From positions 60,652 to 124,651 of IMG/VR virus record IMGVR_UViG_2690315748_000001: DNA of 64,000 nt, one strand, 5' to 3'. Each line of letters begins with the position of its first letter. Position 1 is the first letter of the stretch. Source of the stretch: a virus. Its lineage: Duplodnaviria > Heunggongvirae > Uroviricota > Caudoviricetes. Of this stretch, positions 19,340 through 28,270 are shown one piece after another. Both the position numbers and the translations under genes were made by a program. The notes beneath the pieces are model-generated. The model was not told the DNA's origin, ran no database searches, and saw only the letters and a program-made list of their open reading frames with translations.

Positions 19340-19948
19340 ATGAAGGATATGAATTTTTTTAATCCGTTCACCTATTCTGATAAAGAGCGATGGAAAGACA
19401 TAGAGAAGCAAATGATATTTGAAGCGTGGGTTCCATTTGTATCGAACCGTCCGCTTCAATTTTTTGTGCCTTACCCGAAAAGTGAGGAAGAGGAAGAATC
19501 ACCATTACATACAGGAATTACAAAAGGACACCTTACGAGCATCATCGGTGATGATTCAACATCAAGCACTCATAATGTTGTTAGCACTTTAAAAAGAAGA
19601 AAAGTAGTCGTTCTATCGAGGGACAGCGTGTGCAAAAACGACTATATGCCTGAAATAATAGTGGCAAGGATTTTCTCTATTAAAGATAAACATAGAGAAG
19701 CGCGTTGGTATCCTGATTTGGTGAGTGGAAATCATGAGTGGTTTGTTCATTTGCCAAAACACATTACAGGGAAAGAGTCATATGTTAATATGACGCAAAC
19801 TATGCCAATTGGTAAGAACCTACTGATAGAAAAGTATGGTTTGTTAGATGGAGAACTTATGAAAATGGTAGAAGCAAGATATAAGCATGGGATTGATCTT
19901 GGAGTCATTAAGGAAACAAACGATGGCTTTATGGCATCTAGCGAATAG
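19340..19948 (+). CDS. hypothetical protein (202 aa)
   Basis: ORF with RBS gaaaggaac; no motif recognised. Confidence 0.45.
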   Translation: MKDMNFFNPFTYSDKERWKDIEKQMIFEAWVPFVSNRPLQFFVPYPKSEEEEESPLHTGITKGHLTSIIGDDSTSSTHNVVSTLKRRKVVVLSRDSVCKNDYMPEIIVARIFSIKDKHREARWYPDLVSGNHEWFVHLPKHITGKESYVNMTQTMPIGKNLLIEKYGLLDGELMKMVEARYKHGIDLGVIKETNDGFMASSE

Positions 19949-20034
19949 GAAAGGACAATTGTCCTTTCCTATTTTTTGTTTAGAGTAGACGGTAATCTCG
20001 TTTTCTTTCTTTTTAGGGAGATAATAATAAGTTG

Positions 20035-20064
20035 TTGACAAGGAGCCGAAGAAAGTACTATAAT
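20035..20064 (+). promoter_or_regulatory. Consensus promoter TTGACA-17-TATAAT whose spacer is the repeated motif AGGAGCCGAAGAAAGTA
   Basis: ttgacaaggagccgaagaaagtactataat read directly. Confidence 0.7.
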
Positions 20065-20102
20065 AATAAATGTAAGGAAGAACAAAACAAAGAGGTGAAC
20101 AA

Positions 20103-20300
20103 ATGATCGCAGTAGCTTGTGGAATGGAAGATGATGAAGCGCATAACATCGACAAGAGTTACGCTTCACATAAGTTGCGTCACGAACTTGAAGGCTTAGT
20201 TGTAATGTCAGAGTTTGATTTCATTAATAGGGTTGTAATTAGACGAGAGCCTTTGATACCGCCAATTAGATACTCTCGTAGTCATCGGCAAGGAGAGTAA
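20103..20300 (+). CDS. hypothetical small protein
   Basis: ORF with RBS agaggtg. Confidence 0.4.
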   Translation: MIAVACGMEDDEAHNIDKSYASHKLRHELEGLVVMSEFDFINRVVIRREPLIPPIRYSRSHRQGE

Positions 20301-20302
20301 AT

Positions 20303-21073
20303 ATGATAATTGAGAGAAGTATACTTGTGAAGGCACTGGTTGGCTCACATAACTACAATCTTGCAACGCCAGAGTCAGACAAAGACTACAAGATATTCAC
20401 CATGCCAACGTTCGATGATCTTTACAGAGGTAAAATGTACTCGAAGGCAGATGTTGGATTAGAGTTCGATTTCGATGTGCATGACATTAGGAAAATGGTT
20501 GCTCTGTTCTGGAAAGCAAACATCAACTTCCTTGAAGTCCTCTACTCGAAAGAAAATCACATCTATGATAAAAACATTAAAGAAATATACAATCTGCGGA
20601 AAGATATAGTGAGAATGAATCTACCTTACTTATACAATGCATGTAGAGGAATGCACTTCGAAAAGATGAAGCGTCTGGATAACCCAACAGAAGGAACAGC
20701 ACACTTGATTGAGAAGTATGGCTATAATACCAAAGAAGCATTACATGCTTACAGGGTTCTCGATTTTATTACTCGATTTGCATATACAGACTTCGAGGAT
20801 TTCGAATGGGCAATGACTTACGATGAAAACCTTAGAGAAAGAATGCTTGAAATCAAAAATGGAGAATACCCAAAAGTAACGTTCCAAATGTTGATTCGTC
20901 AAAAGATGAGTCAATTCGAAAAGTTTGACCAAGCATACTATAGTCAAAAGCCCAATGAAGAATTAAAACAGCACATTGATTTAATTATATACAATATGAT
21001 TAAGGAAAATTTTCAAGGAACTAAAGAAAGTACTTTGGGAGGAAATGAAGATGCTCAAACAATTACGCAGTAA
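20303..21073 (+). CDS. Polymerase-beta-superfamily minimal nucleotidyltransferase-domain protein
   Basis: GSHNYNLATPESDKDY matches the hG[GS]x9-13Dh[DE]h NTase signature; 256 aa. Confidence 0.4.
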   Translation: MIIERSILVKALVGSHNYNLATPESDKDYKIFTMPTFDDLYRGKMYSKADVGLEFDFDVHDIRKMVALFWKANINFLEVLYSKENHIYDKNIKEIYNLRKDIVRMNLPYLYNACRGMHFEKMKRLDNPTEGTAHLIEKYGYNTKEALHAYRVLDFITRFAYTDFEDFEWAMTYDENLRERMLEIKNGEYPKVTFQMLIRQKMSQFEKFDQAYYSQKPNEELKQHIDLIIYNMIKENFQGTKESTLGGNEDAQTITQ

Positions 21074-22466
21074 CCCAATTATGTTGACTGACGCATACAA
21101 CTTGTCGCACCAAAACTTGAAGGTTAATACAGATTGGGAAATATCCCATATGTACAATCGTTCCAAGTCAATGATTCTGTTCGGACTTCTTGAAATTATT
21201 AACAACATCTTGGAGACACGAATCAACATGTCAATGATTGACGAAGCTGAATTTCATGCAAATCGTATGGGAATTACATTCCCTAGAAAACTTTGGGAGC
21301 GAGTAGTCAAGGAATGTGGTGGTTATATTCCCTTGGAGATACAAGCTCTACCAGAAGGTACGTACTGCCCTGTAGGAACACCTTTCGCTCAAATTCGTAA
21401 CACAGTTAAGGGTTTTGGTGAAATGGTTACATGGTTCGAGGGCGAATTGATGCACGCTTATTTCCCATCAACCGCTGCTACACAAGCACTTCGTATGCGG
21501 CGTTATCTGGAACAAAAGAAGCGTCAATATGGTTATGATGACAGTTTTATGCTTCGTTTGCACAGCTTTGGATTTCGAGGTCATCGCAGCCTTGAAGACG
21601 CATATTGGGCAGGGATTTCGTGGAATTTATTCTTGTATGGTACAGACGACTTCCACACAGCATTTCACACTCCAAGTGCGAATCTCGTAAGTATCGCAGC
21701 TACTGCACACAAGGTAACACAGCAATTTGACAATGAGTATGAGGGTTATAGACATGTGATCAAGGCAACAGCAGATGTAGGGGAGAAGATCGTAGCAATC
21801 GTAATTGACACATATGATGCATATCGTTTCCTTGATGAATACTTAATTCCATTGGCTAAATACGCCGCATCGCTTGGAGTTCATATGGTAATTCGTCCAG
21901 ACAGTGGCGACACATGGGAACAGGTTGTGATTGCATACAAGAACATTTCTCGTCACTTCATTCCGATCACGAATGTTACTGCTATCATTGGTGAAAGCAT
22001 GGACTTTGAAAATGTGAAAAAGGCAGATGCTTATTTTGAGCAACATGGCGTTCCATTGAACTTCGTATCATATGGAGTTGGTGGAGGATTCTACAACTAT
22101 GCAAATCGAGATACGCTTGGATGGGCAATGAAAACAGCTTACTCTAATGGTAAAGATCGCATGAAATTCTCTGAGAATCCAATCAAACGTAGTATTCCTG
22201 GGGTTGTTGAACTTTATCGCAATGAATATGGTGATTTAGTTGTAGGCAAAGAGAATAGTGTCAAAGAAGGAAAACTCTACGAGACGATCTACTTCCATGA
22301 TGCTGTAGCTGATACGCCGATCATGAAGCAATATTCCGATGAACATTGGTTGTCTGTTCAGGCGACAGCTCTTTCGGCAAACACAGAGCAAGCAAATATC
22401 TATCTCAGCGATGAAGTTCGTACAGAGATTGGCGAGTTCCAAAGACGATACAGAAATCGGGTGTAA
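21051..22466 (+). CDS. nadV: Nicotinamide phosphoribosyltransferase (NadV/Nampt)
   Basis: NPIMLTDAYNLSH N-terminus, FGFRGHRS, IRPDSGD motifs of the type II PRTase/NadV family; start 21051 preferred over 21045 for RBS spacing. Confidence 0.75.
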   Translation: MLKQLRSNPIMLTDAYNLSHQNLKVNTDWEISHMYNRSKSMILFGLLEIINNILETRINMSMIDEAEFHANRMGITFPRKLWERVVKECGGYIPLEIQALPEGTYCPVGTPFAQIRNTVKGFGEMVTWFEGELMHAYFPSTAATQALRMRRYLEQKKRQYGYDDSFMLRLHSFGFRGHRSLEDAYWAGISWNLFLYGTDDFHTAFHTPSANLVSIAATAHKVTQQFDNEYEGYRHVIKATADVGEKIVAIVIDTYDAYRFLDEYLIPLAKYAASLGVHMVIRPDSGDTWEQVVIAYKNISRHFIPITNVTAIIGESMDFENVKKADAYFEQHGVPLNFVSYGVGGGFYNYANRDTLGWAMKTAYSNGKDRMKFSENPIKRSIPGVVELYRNEYGDLVVGKENSVKEGKLYETIYFHDAVADTPIMKQYSDEHWLSVQATALSANTEQANIYLSDEVRTEIGEFQRRYRNRV

Positions 22467-22468
22467 CT

Positions 22469-23086
22469 ATGTCAATGAACCTAAGAAAGTATAAGTTTGG
22501 ATTTGTTATTGGTCGATTCCAGATGCTACATGCAGGACACGAACATCTAATTAATACAGCTTTAGCTCAGTGCGAGAACTTACTAATCCTAGTGGGTTCA
22601 TCGCAAGAGTCTAAAACGTTCAGGAATCCATTTGATGCATTTACTAGAATCCTTATGCTTAAAGAGATTTATGGTGATAATCCAAACGTTTACATTGCAC
22701 ACATTGCAGACCTAACCAATGAAAACGATCATTCACATGATTGGGGTAGGTACTTGTTAAACGAGGTGAATGATTGGGCTGAAATATGCGATATAAAAGA
22801 ACCACTTGACGCGATGTTCTATGGCAATGACGAAGAACGTGAAGACTGGTTTGACCCAAAAGACATTGAAGGAATTGCACAGATTAAGCTTGATCGAGCA
22901 GACATTCTAATCAGTGGGACAACAATGAGAAGCTATCTCGCATGGAACAACTTTACTCTGTGGTCGAAGTTTGCTAATCAGAAGCTTCATAGTTACTTTG
23001 AAACTTTGAGACAAAAACTTTTTGAGGTGGGAAAAGACGATGACGAAGAGACAGTTAAAGATTGGCGACGAAGTAGAGGTAATTAG
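22469..23086 (+). CDS. Nicotinamide-nucleotide adenylyltransferase (NadM/NadR-type NMNAT)
   Basis: GFVIGRFQMLHAGHEHLI, the (H/T)xGH cytidylyltransferase motif in the NadM context, directly downstream of nadV. Confidence 0.7.
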   Translation: MSMNLRKYKFGFVIGRFQMLHAGHEHLINTALAQCENLLILVGSSQESKTFRNPFDAFTRILMLKEIYGDNPNVYIAHIADLTNENDHSHDWGRYLLNEVNDWAEICDIKEPLDAMFYGNDEEREDWFDPKDIEGIAQIKLDRADILISGTTMRSYLAWNNFTLWSKFANQKLHSYFETLRQKLFEVGKDDDEETVKDWRRSRGN

Positions 23087-23579
23087 GAATACGTATAATG
23101 ACTACATCAAAATAGGTATGAAAGGTGTAGTCAAGGATTTACGTTGTAACAATCAGGAAATTGGTGTTTGCTTCAACGAACATGATATTCATGGACACGA
23201 TCTCAATGGAAAGGTCAAATATGGACATGGGTGGTATTTTTATTTAAGTGAGATTAAACATATTGAGCATTCAGAGAAAATCACTGTCATGCTTGAAGGG
23301 AAGAGAACAACTGTCACACTGGAAGATGGAAGTGTTGGTATATCTAATCCAACGTATAAAGATAAATATAATTTAGAAAAAGGCATCGAGATTGCGAAAA
23401 CAAAAGCACTGATTGCACGAAACAAAAAGAAAGGTGAAGAGATGGAAGGGAAGGCACAAAAATTGAGTGTTCAAATTGCTGATCTACAGCGTGAATACTC
23501 AGAAGTAGTGAATCATATCCCATTTATTTACAATGAAATTACTGAATTAGAAGGAAAAGTCAAGGAAATCGGAGGGTAA
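23040..23579 (+). CDS. hypothetical protein with C-terminal coiled coil
   Basis: ORF; GAGGTGG RBS then ATG 23040; overlaps end of NMNAT gene. Confidence 0.4.
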   Translation: MTKRQLKIGDEVEVIRNTYNDYIKIGMKGVVKDLRCNNQEIGVCFNEHDIHGHDLNGKVKYGHGWYFYLSEIKHIEHSEKITVMLEGKRTTVTLEDGSVGISNPTYKDKYNLEKGIEIAKTKALIARNKKKGEEMEGKAQKLSVQIADLQREYSEVVNHIPFIYNEITELEGKVKEIGG

Positions 23580-23582
23580 CAC

Positions 23583-24113
23583 ATGACAACAACACACGAA
23601 TCATTGTACAAGACTCCATGGGTGGAGTTGATGAAACGAACATCGGATGAAGATGGTACATATATCTACATTCGTGAGCCATGGCTAATCAATGGTCAAG
23701 CAATTTCGATTCTTCCATATCGTCTTGATTGCGACGAAATCGAATTGTTGGTTCGATGTGAAGTGGCTGATGTTCCTGTGATGGGTACTATTAAGGGTGG
23801 TTGTGACAAAGAAGGGGAAGCCATTGAAGAAACAGCGGTTCGTGAACTTCTTGAAGAAGCTGGTTACTCAATTCATCCTTCGCAATTAATTCATTTAGGA
23901 ACTGCTAGAACATCGAAGCTCAACACAACAACGATGAATCTGTTTGCAGTCGATCTGACTGATGAAGAGCAAGGTGAAGCAATTGGGGATGGCACGAAGA
24001 ATGAAGCAAATGCTTACTGTAAGTGGATTTCAGAAGAAGAGTCTTTAGATGTACAAGACCCAATCATCCACACTTCGATGGTCAGACTTATAAATCAAAG
24101 TGGAAGATTTTAA
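23583..24113 (+). CDS. Nudix hydrolase (probable ADP-ribose pyrophosphatase)
   Basis: Nudix box GGCDKEGEAIEETAVRELLEEAGY (GX5EX7REUXEEXGU). Confidence 0.7.
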   Translation: MTTTHESLYKTPWVELMKRTSDEDGTYIYIREPWLINGQAISILPYRLDCDEIELLVRCEVADVPVMGTIKGGCDKEGEAIEETAVRELLEEAGYSIHPSQLIHLGTARTSKLNTTTMNLFAVDLTDEEQGEAIGDGTKNEANAYCKWISEEESLDVQDPIIHTSMVRLINQSGRF

Positions 24114-24134
24114 GACGACATAATAGTCTAAATT

Positions 24135-24149
24135 AAAAAAAAAAAAAAA
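24135..24149. repeat. A15 homopolymer tract
   Basis: 15 consecutive A between Nudix gene and next ORF. Confidence 0.9.
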
Positions 24150-24174
24150 TAAATTTATGAATGGAGAATGTTAA

Positions 24175-24462
24175 ATGACTAAAGTATACGCAAATGAAGA
24201 GGTAGTAGTAGTTCAGGATGTAGAATTGGTGCAAGCTGTTGTGGAATTGGCTTTCCTGCGAATGATTGATTATGATGCATACGCTGTAGCTAACAAACTT
24301 CTGGCTGATCTGCTTCGCGAAAGTCTGGAAACAGAATTGGTGATCGGGATTGTGGTTCTGGATGAAGGGACTGTAGGACTGCTGACGTACAACATTCTGG
24401 CTGATGACTATAATCACTTTGTACAGGGTCAAGACGAATACGGATTCTATGTTGAAGTATAA
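24175..24462 (+). CDS. hypothetical acidic protein
   Basis: ORF with RBS atggagaatg. Confidence 0.4.
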   Translation: MTKVYANEEVVVVQDVELVQAVVELAFLRMIDYDAYAVANKLLADLLRESLETELVIGIVVLDEGTVGLLTYNILADDYNHFVQGQDEYGFYVEV

Positions 24463-24465
24463 TTA

Positions 24466-24484
24466 AGGAACCGAAGAAAGTACT
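24466..24484 (+). repeat. Repeated motif copy aggaaccgaagaaagtact
   Basis: One substitution (A for G) from consensus. Confidence 0.65.
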
Positions 24485-24563
24485 TAGTTAATATCTTTGG
24501 AGAGCTAATTCTACTCTCCAAAGAAACAAAAATTTTATTTAGAGTGAAGAGGGTTGGTAAAAA

Positions 24564-24764
24564 TTGAAATGGATTGTTGTAGTAAAAGGTAACTATTATC
24601 CATCTGTAATTGAATGCAAAGATGAGGAAGAAGCGGTAGAAGTATGCGAACAACAGGTTAAACTCCTTGCAGAGCTAGATTCTGATGAATTTCGTGTATA
24701 TATCGCAAAAGTGACGAGATGGGTAGGAAAACACAGTGAAAATGTCGTTCATAGCCTACTTTAA
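24564..24764 (+). CDS. hypothetical small protein
   Basis: ORF with RBS agagggttgg. Confidence 0.4.
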   Translation: MKWIVVVKGNYYPSVIECKDEEEAVEVCEQQVKLLAELDSDEFRVYIAKVTRWVGKHSENVVHSLL

Positions 24765-24802
24765 GACTAAATAAAACTGCGATTCCATTTAGATTTTGGA
24801 GG
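24765..24802 (+). repeat. Second repeated intergenic element, copy 2
   Basis: gactaaataaaactgcgaTTCCATTTAGATTTTGGAGG. Confidence 0.65.
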
Positions 24803-24808
24803 ATAAAA

Positions 24809-25066
24809 ATGCCACATTACAAATTGTTCAAGTACAGCTTAGGTGACTATGAAAGAGAGATAGCGTCTGGAACAGATGAAAATCTAATTGCAGAACATGC
24901 TATTGCTTTATCATCATTTGATGAGCCATACATGTACGCGTACAGACTTGAAGCATGGATTGGTGATAGACAAATTGGTGGATGGAGATTCTTCCAAAAT
25001 GGAAGAGAGTTTACAGAAGATATTCGAAAAGCAGCAATAAAATCATTGAAGGAGATAAATAAATGA
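24809..25066 (+). CDS. hypothetical protein
   Basis: ORF preceded by second repeated element ending in GGAGG. Confidence 0.45.
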   Translation: MPHYKLFKYSLGDYEREIASGTDENLIAEHAIALSSFDEPYMYAYRLEAWIGDRQIGGWRFFQNGREFTEDIRKAAIKSLKEINK

Positions 25067-25287
25067 ACATCTACGAGATTCAAGAATACGCAAAAGATCA
25101 TGGATTTGATTCTCTTAAATTCGCAATGACAAATCGAAATGGAGCTACATTCTATGGACACTTCTTAGATGCTTACTTTGGCATGATTATGATCCCCGAA
25201 ATTGGCGATGGATTCATTGTGATATCTCATCTCATTCAGGAATATGGTTTCGATGAATTTGAATTTACAGTATTAGAGGGGAATTAA
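25063..25287 (+). CDS. hypothetical protein
   Basis: ATGA overlap with previous gene. Confidence 0.4.
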   Translation: MNIYEIQEYAKDHGFDSLKFAMTNRNGATFYGHFLDAYFGMIMIPEIGDGFIVISHLIQEYGFDEFEFTVLEGN

Positions 25288-25290
25288 ACA

Positions 25291-25464
25291 ATGGCACAAA
25301 CACAAGTAACCAATGAATATCTTCTACAATTACAAGAACAACAAGCGAAAGAGTATGGAATGAAGGTTGATGTTTATCACAGTGAAATTGGAAAAACAAT
25401 CGGGGTCTTCCCACATAATGCAATGCCGATACCGCCAAATGCACTTCGAGTAATTAGATATTAA
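25291..25464 (+). CDS. hypothetical small protein (57 aa), not in ORF track
   Basis: ATG 25291 after RBS agaggggaat; fills gap between flanking genes. Confidence 0.35.
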   Translation: MAQTQVTNEYLLQLQEQQAKEYGMKVDVYHSEIGKTIGVFPHNAMPIPPNALRVIRY

Positions 25465-25475
25465 GGAGATGACTG

Positions 25476-25781
25476 TTGAGCATGGATACAAGATATATAG
25501 TGACTAAGGTCACCGAGCTTGATCGAGTTACACCGAAGACTGCTTTGCCTGAACAAAACATGGACTATGATTTAGTCGTGAAATGCGAGTATGCCGCACA
25601 CTTCAATCCATATTTGGGGCGATCAATGGTCTTAATCCCAACAAAACCGAATGACGATATCAATTCAATGAATATCTACACCTCATCTGTATTCAGCATT
25701 GAAGACAATGGAGACGAATTGATTGTAGTGACAAGAAACACAGTTTACTATTTCGAGAAAAGAGAGGTAGGAAACTGTTAA
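25476..25781 (+). CDS. hypothetical protein
   Basis: ORF with RBS aaggagatg. Confidence 0.4.
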   Translation: MSMDTRYIVTKVTELDRVTPKTALPEQNMDYDLVVKCEYAAHFNPYLGRSMVLIPTKPNDDINSMNIYTSSVFSIEDNGDELIVVTRNTVYYFEKREVGNC

Positions 25782-25810
25782 TTATTACTAAATAAAAGGG
25801 GATAAACACA

Positions 25811-26257
25811 ATGACAATCAAGCAACGCCTGACAGATGAAATGAAAGAAGCAATGCGTAACAAGAATAAAGGCACACTAGCTACGATCAGACTGCTTATT
25901 GATCGCATTCAGAAAAAAGAAAAGGATGCATTGCGTGATCTGACAGAAGAAGAAGCTGTTCAAGTGCTTCAAACGTTCAAGAAGCAAGTTCGTGAGGAAG
26001 CTGATGCCTTTGCAAATGCAGGGAAGTTCAGTAGGGAAGCGGAACTGGTTGACTCTATCTTTTTGGTGGACAGGTTCTTGCCACAACAAATGAGCAAAGA
26101 AGAGATTGACATTCAAGTTCAACTTGTAATTTCTGAAATAACTTCAAATGGACAAGTGCCAAATAAAGGTTTGGTTATGAAAAACCTGATGCCATTAGTA
26201 AAAGGAAAGGCTGACAACAAGCTGGTGAATGAGGTTGTCACTGAGACATTGGCATGA
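25811..26257 (+). CDS. GatB/YqeY-domain protein
   Basis: MTIKQRLTDEMKEAMRNKNK ... typical YqeY N-terminus and size. Confidence 0.55.
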   Translation: MTIKQRLTDEMKEAMRNKNKGTLATIRLLIDRIQKKEKDALRDLTEEEAVQVLQTFKKQVREEADAFANAGKFSREAELVDSIFLVDRFLPQQMSKEEIDIQVQLVISEITSNGQVPNKGLVMKNLMPLVKGKADNKLVNEVVTETLA

Positions 26258-26475
26258 TGTTCTGGAAGAAAAAGAAAGCTCAACCTAAACCTATTTGTGA
26301 TCATGAGTGGGTCAACCTTGATGAAGGAATGTCAAGTGCAATGGTTGAAATATATTGTCCAAAATGCACTCAAAGCCGAAATGTAACTAATTCAGAAGCG
26401 AGAAAACAAGTGAAGAAATCAAAGTTGAGAAAGGAATATCTCGACAAGATGAAAGAAGAGAGGTTGTTATCATGA
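26254..26475 (+). CDS. hypothetical small protein with zinc-ribbon-like Cys pairs
   Basis: CDHEW ... CPKC. Confidence 0.35.
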   Translation: MMFWKKKKAQPKPICDHEWVNLDEGMSSAMVEIYCPKCTQSRNVTNSEARKQVKKSKLRKEYLDKMKEERLLS

Positions 26476-26927
26476 AGTATGGTCAGCGAGAAATAATTGA
26501 TTTAACTATTTATGATGAGCTGGGAAATAAAGTTGCACATTTGGATTCTCTCAAAGAAAGCTATCTAGGCAAGCACACTGTATTTGTAAAAGATGCTTTG
26601 CTTGACTTAGACCTTCTTAAATTTATGGGTAAAGCTGAAGACAAATTTGTTAGTGATTATGAATCGGAAAGTTCTCGTGAAAAATACGATACTACAATTG
26701 TATTTAATCATAACACAACAAAACCCTGTAAACTGATTGGCAAAGGTGTTATTAGAAGTCAAGAAACTGGTAGAGATGTTGAGTTTATGTATGAAGTTCC
26801 AAAAGCTGAAATCTCATTAAACTACACTATGATCGTAGAAAGTTCTCCTAACGTTTCAGATCATGATTTCTCTTTCGATATTCTCCCATTCAATGAAGAG
26901 GGAGATATGTATAAGTTGCATATCTAG
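26472..26927 (+). CDS. hypothetical protein
   Basis: ORF, ATGA overlap with upstream. Confidence 0.4.
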   Translation: MKYGQREIIDLTIYDELGNKVAHLDSLKESYLGKHTVFVKDALLDLDLLKFMGKAEDKFVSDYESESSREKYDTTIVFNHNTTKPCKLIGKGVIRSQETGRDVEFMYEVPKAEISLNYTMIVESSPNVSDHDFSFDILPFNEEGDMYKLHI

Positions 26928-26938
26928 GAGGTTGTCAA

Positions 26939-27154
26939 ATGAGTATACAAGTGCCAGTGAAAGTGACCAACTGTGATAAGTGTCCATATGCAGAAGTAAG
27001 GAAGGTATGGACTTTGGATTCTTGGGATGATGTTCGAGCAATCAAATGTACTAAGTTGGACAAGGATGTTTATGGGTATCTTGATTGGTACGATAATTCT
27101 CCTGTTCCTGATGAGTGTCCATTTGTAGTGGAGGTAGGAAATGAAGCTGATTAA
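26939..27154 (+). CDS. hypothetical small Cys-rich protein
   Basis: CDKCPY ... C...C. Confidence 0.35.
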   Translation: MSIQVPVKVTNCDKCPYAEVRKVWTLDSWDDVRAIKCTKLDKDVYGYLDWYDNSPVPDECPFVVEVGNEAD

Positions 27155-27269
27155 CTTCATATTGCATATGTTTGGCGGTTGTCCTGATGAGGATTTAGTT
27201 GAAGCAAAACGTGGAAAGATGAAGTGTTCGAAGTGTGAGCGAGAGTATTTTGTATTCAAAACATATTAA
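27141..27269 (+). CDS. hypothetical 42-aa zinc-ribbon peptide, not in ORF track
   Basis: GGAGGTAGG RBS; CP..D and CSKC pairs. Confidence 0.3.
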   Translation: MKLINFILHMFGGCPDEDLVEAKRGKMKCSKCEREYFVFKTY

Positions 27270-27281
27270 GGAGTGTTAAAC

Positions 27282-27713
27282 ATGGGAGTAGTATTGAAGA
27301 TTAAAGGTGACAATCTAACTATTGAAGATTTGCAGGAAATGAAGGAGAACATAGAAGAAGCTATTACTAAAAAGAAGAAAGAAATGGCTTTAGCTATGTC
27401 TGGATGGCTTGAAGATGTTATCAGGGATGGTAAGGAACGAATTGTTGATCAAGAATACTTTTTAGAAGTTACGGATTTATCAGAAGTTTTATTTATCAAA
27501 TGGTATGTGAATCACAAGTTAAAGCAACGAGATTATCTACCTAAATACATTCACAAATGTACAAGCAAAAAAGTTCCAGAAACTACTTATGTATTTGATG
27601 ATAGCAAGAAAAGTATCGGATTGAGCGCTGGCAAGAAACATGCTTTAGTGATTCATGACGAAAGTCTCCCTTATTTGAAAGAAGAGTTTGAAGAATGGAG
27701 CTGGAAGCAATGA
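27282..27713 (+). CDS. hypothetical protein
   Basis: ATG 27282 after taaggagtg RBS. Confidence 0.4.
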   Translation: MGVVLKIKGDNLTIEDLQEMKENIEEAITKKKKEMALAMSGWLEDVIRDGKERIVDQEYFLEVTDLSEVLFIKWYVNHKLKQRDYLPKYIHKCTSKKVPETTYVFDDSKKSIGLSAGKKHALVIHDESLPYLKEEFEEWSWKQ

Positions 27714-27928
27714 GTGAATATGCAAAGATTTATGCTTATATTGAGATAGGAAAATACTTGTATCGAGATGGAACGAGCAAATTCTATAACGACTTGAAGG
27801 AAGTTTACGGACTGCAAGATCATCCTAAGTTTGACCTTCTGTACAGCATTTCGTGGGAGCGTGGACATGCATATGGATTAACTGATGTACTTGGAGTGTT
27901 TAATGATCTGGTGGAGTTGATTCGATAG
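27695..27928 (+). CDS. hypothetical protein
   Basis: ORF overlapping upstream gene end. Confidence 0.35.
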   Translation: MELEAMSEYAKIYAYIEIGKYLYRDGTSKFYNDLKEVYGLQDHPKFDLLYSISWERGHAYGLTDVLGVFNDLVELIR

Positions 27929-27940
27929 GAGTGATTTCTT

Positions 27941-28246
27941 ATGTTCTATAGACACTATAAGGGTGGTATTTATTACACTTTAGGGTTGACTTCGCTCTAC
28001 GAAGGAACAGGTTTGGAAAGAGAGTGGACACACAACTATTTAAGCGCTATCCACACAGAAACAGGGAGAAAGATTGCTGTATCGCTGATTGATGGTAGAT
28101 TCCATGTGCTAGATGAAGAGGATACAAACTTGGTTCTTTATTTAGATATGGTTGGTCGTTTCTGGCTCAGACCAAGAGACATTTTCTTTGAAACAGTAAA
28201 AGTGGATGGAAAAGAAATAAGACGCTTTTTAAATTATTATAAGTGA
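27941..28246 (+). CDS. hypothetical protein
   Basis: ORF with RBS taggagtg. Confidence 0.4.
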   Translation: MFYRHYKGGIYYTLGLTSLYEGTGLEREWTHNYLSAIHTETGRKIAVSLIDGRFHVLDEEDTNLVLYLDMVGRFWLRPRDIFFETVKVDGKEIRRFLNYYK

Positions 28247-28270
28247 CAAAGAAAGTATTGGGGGAGTTAT

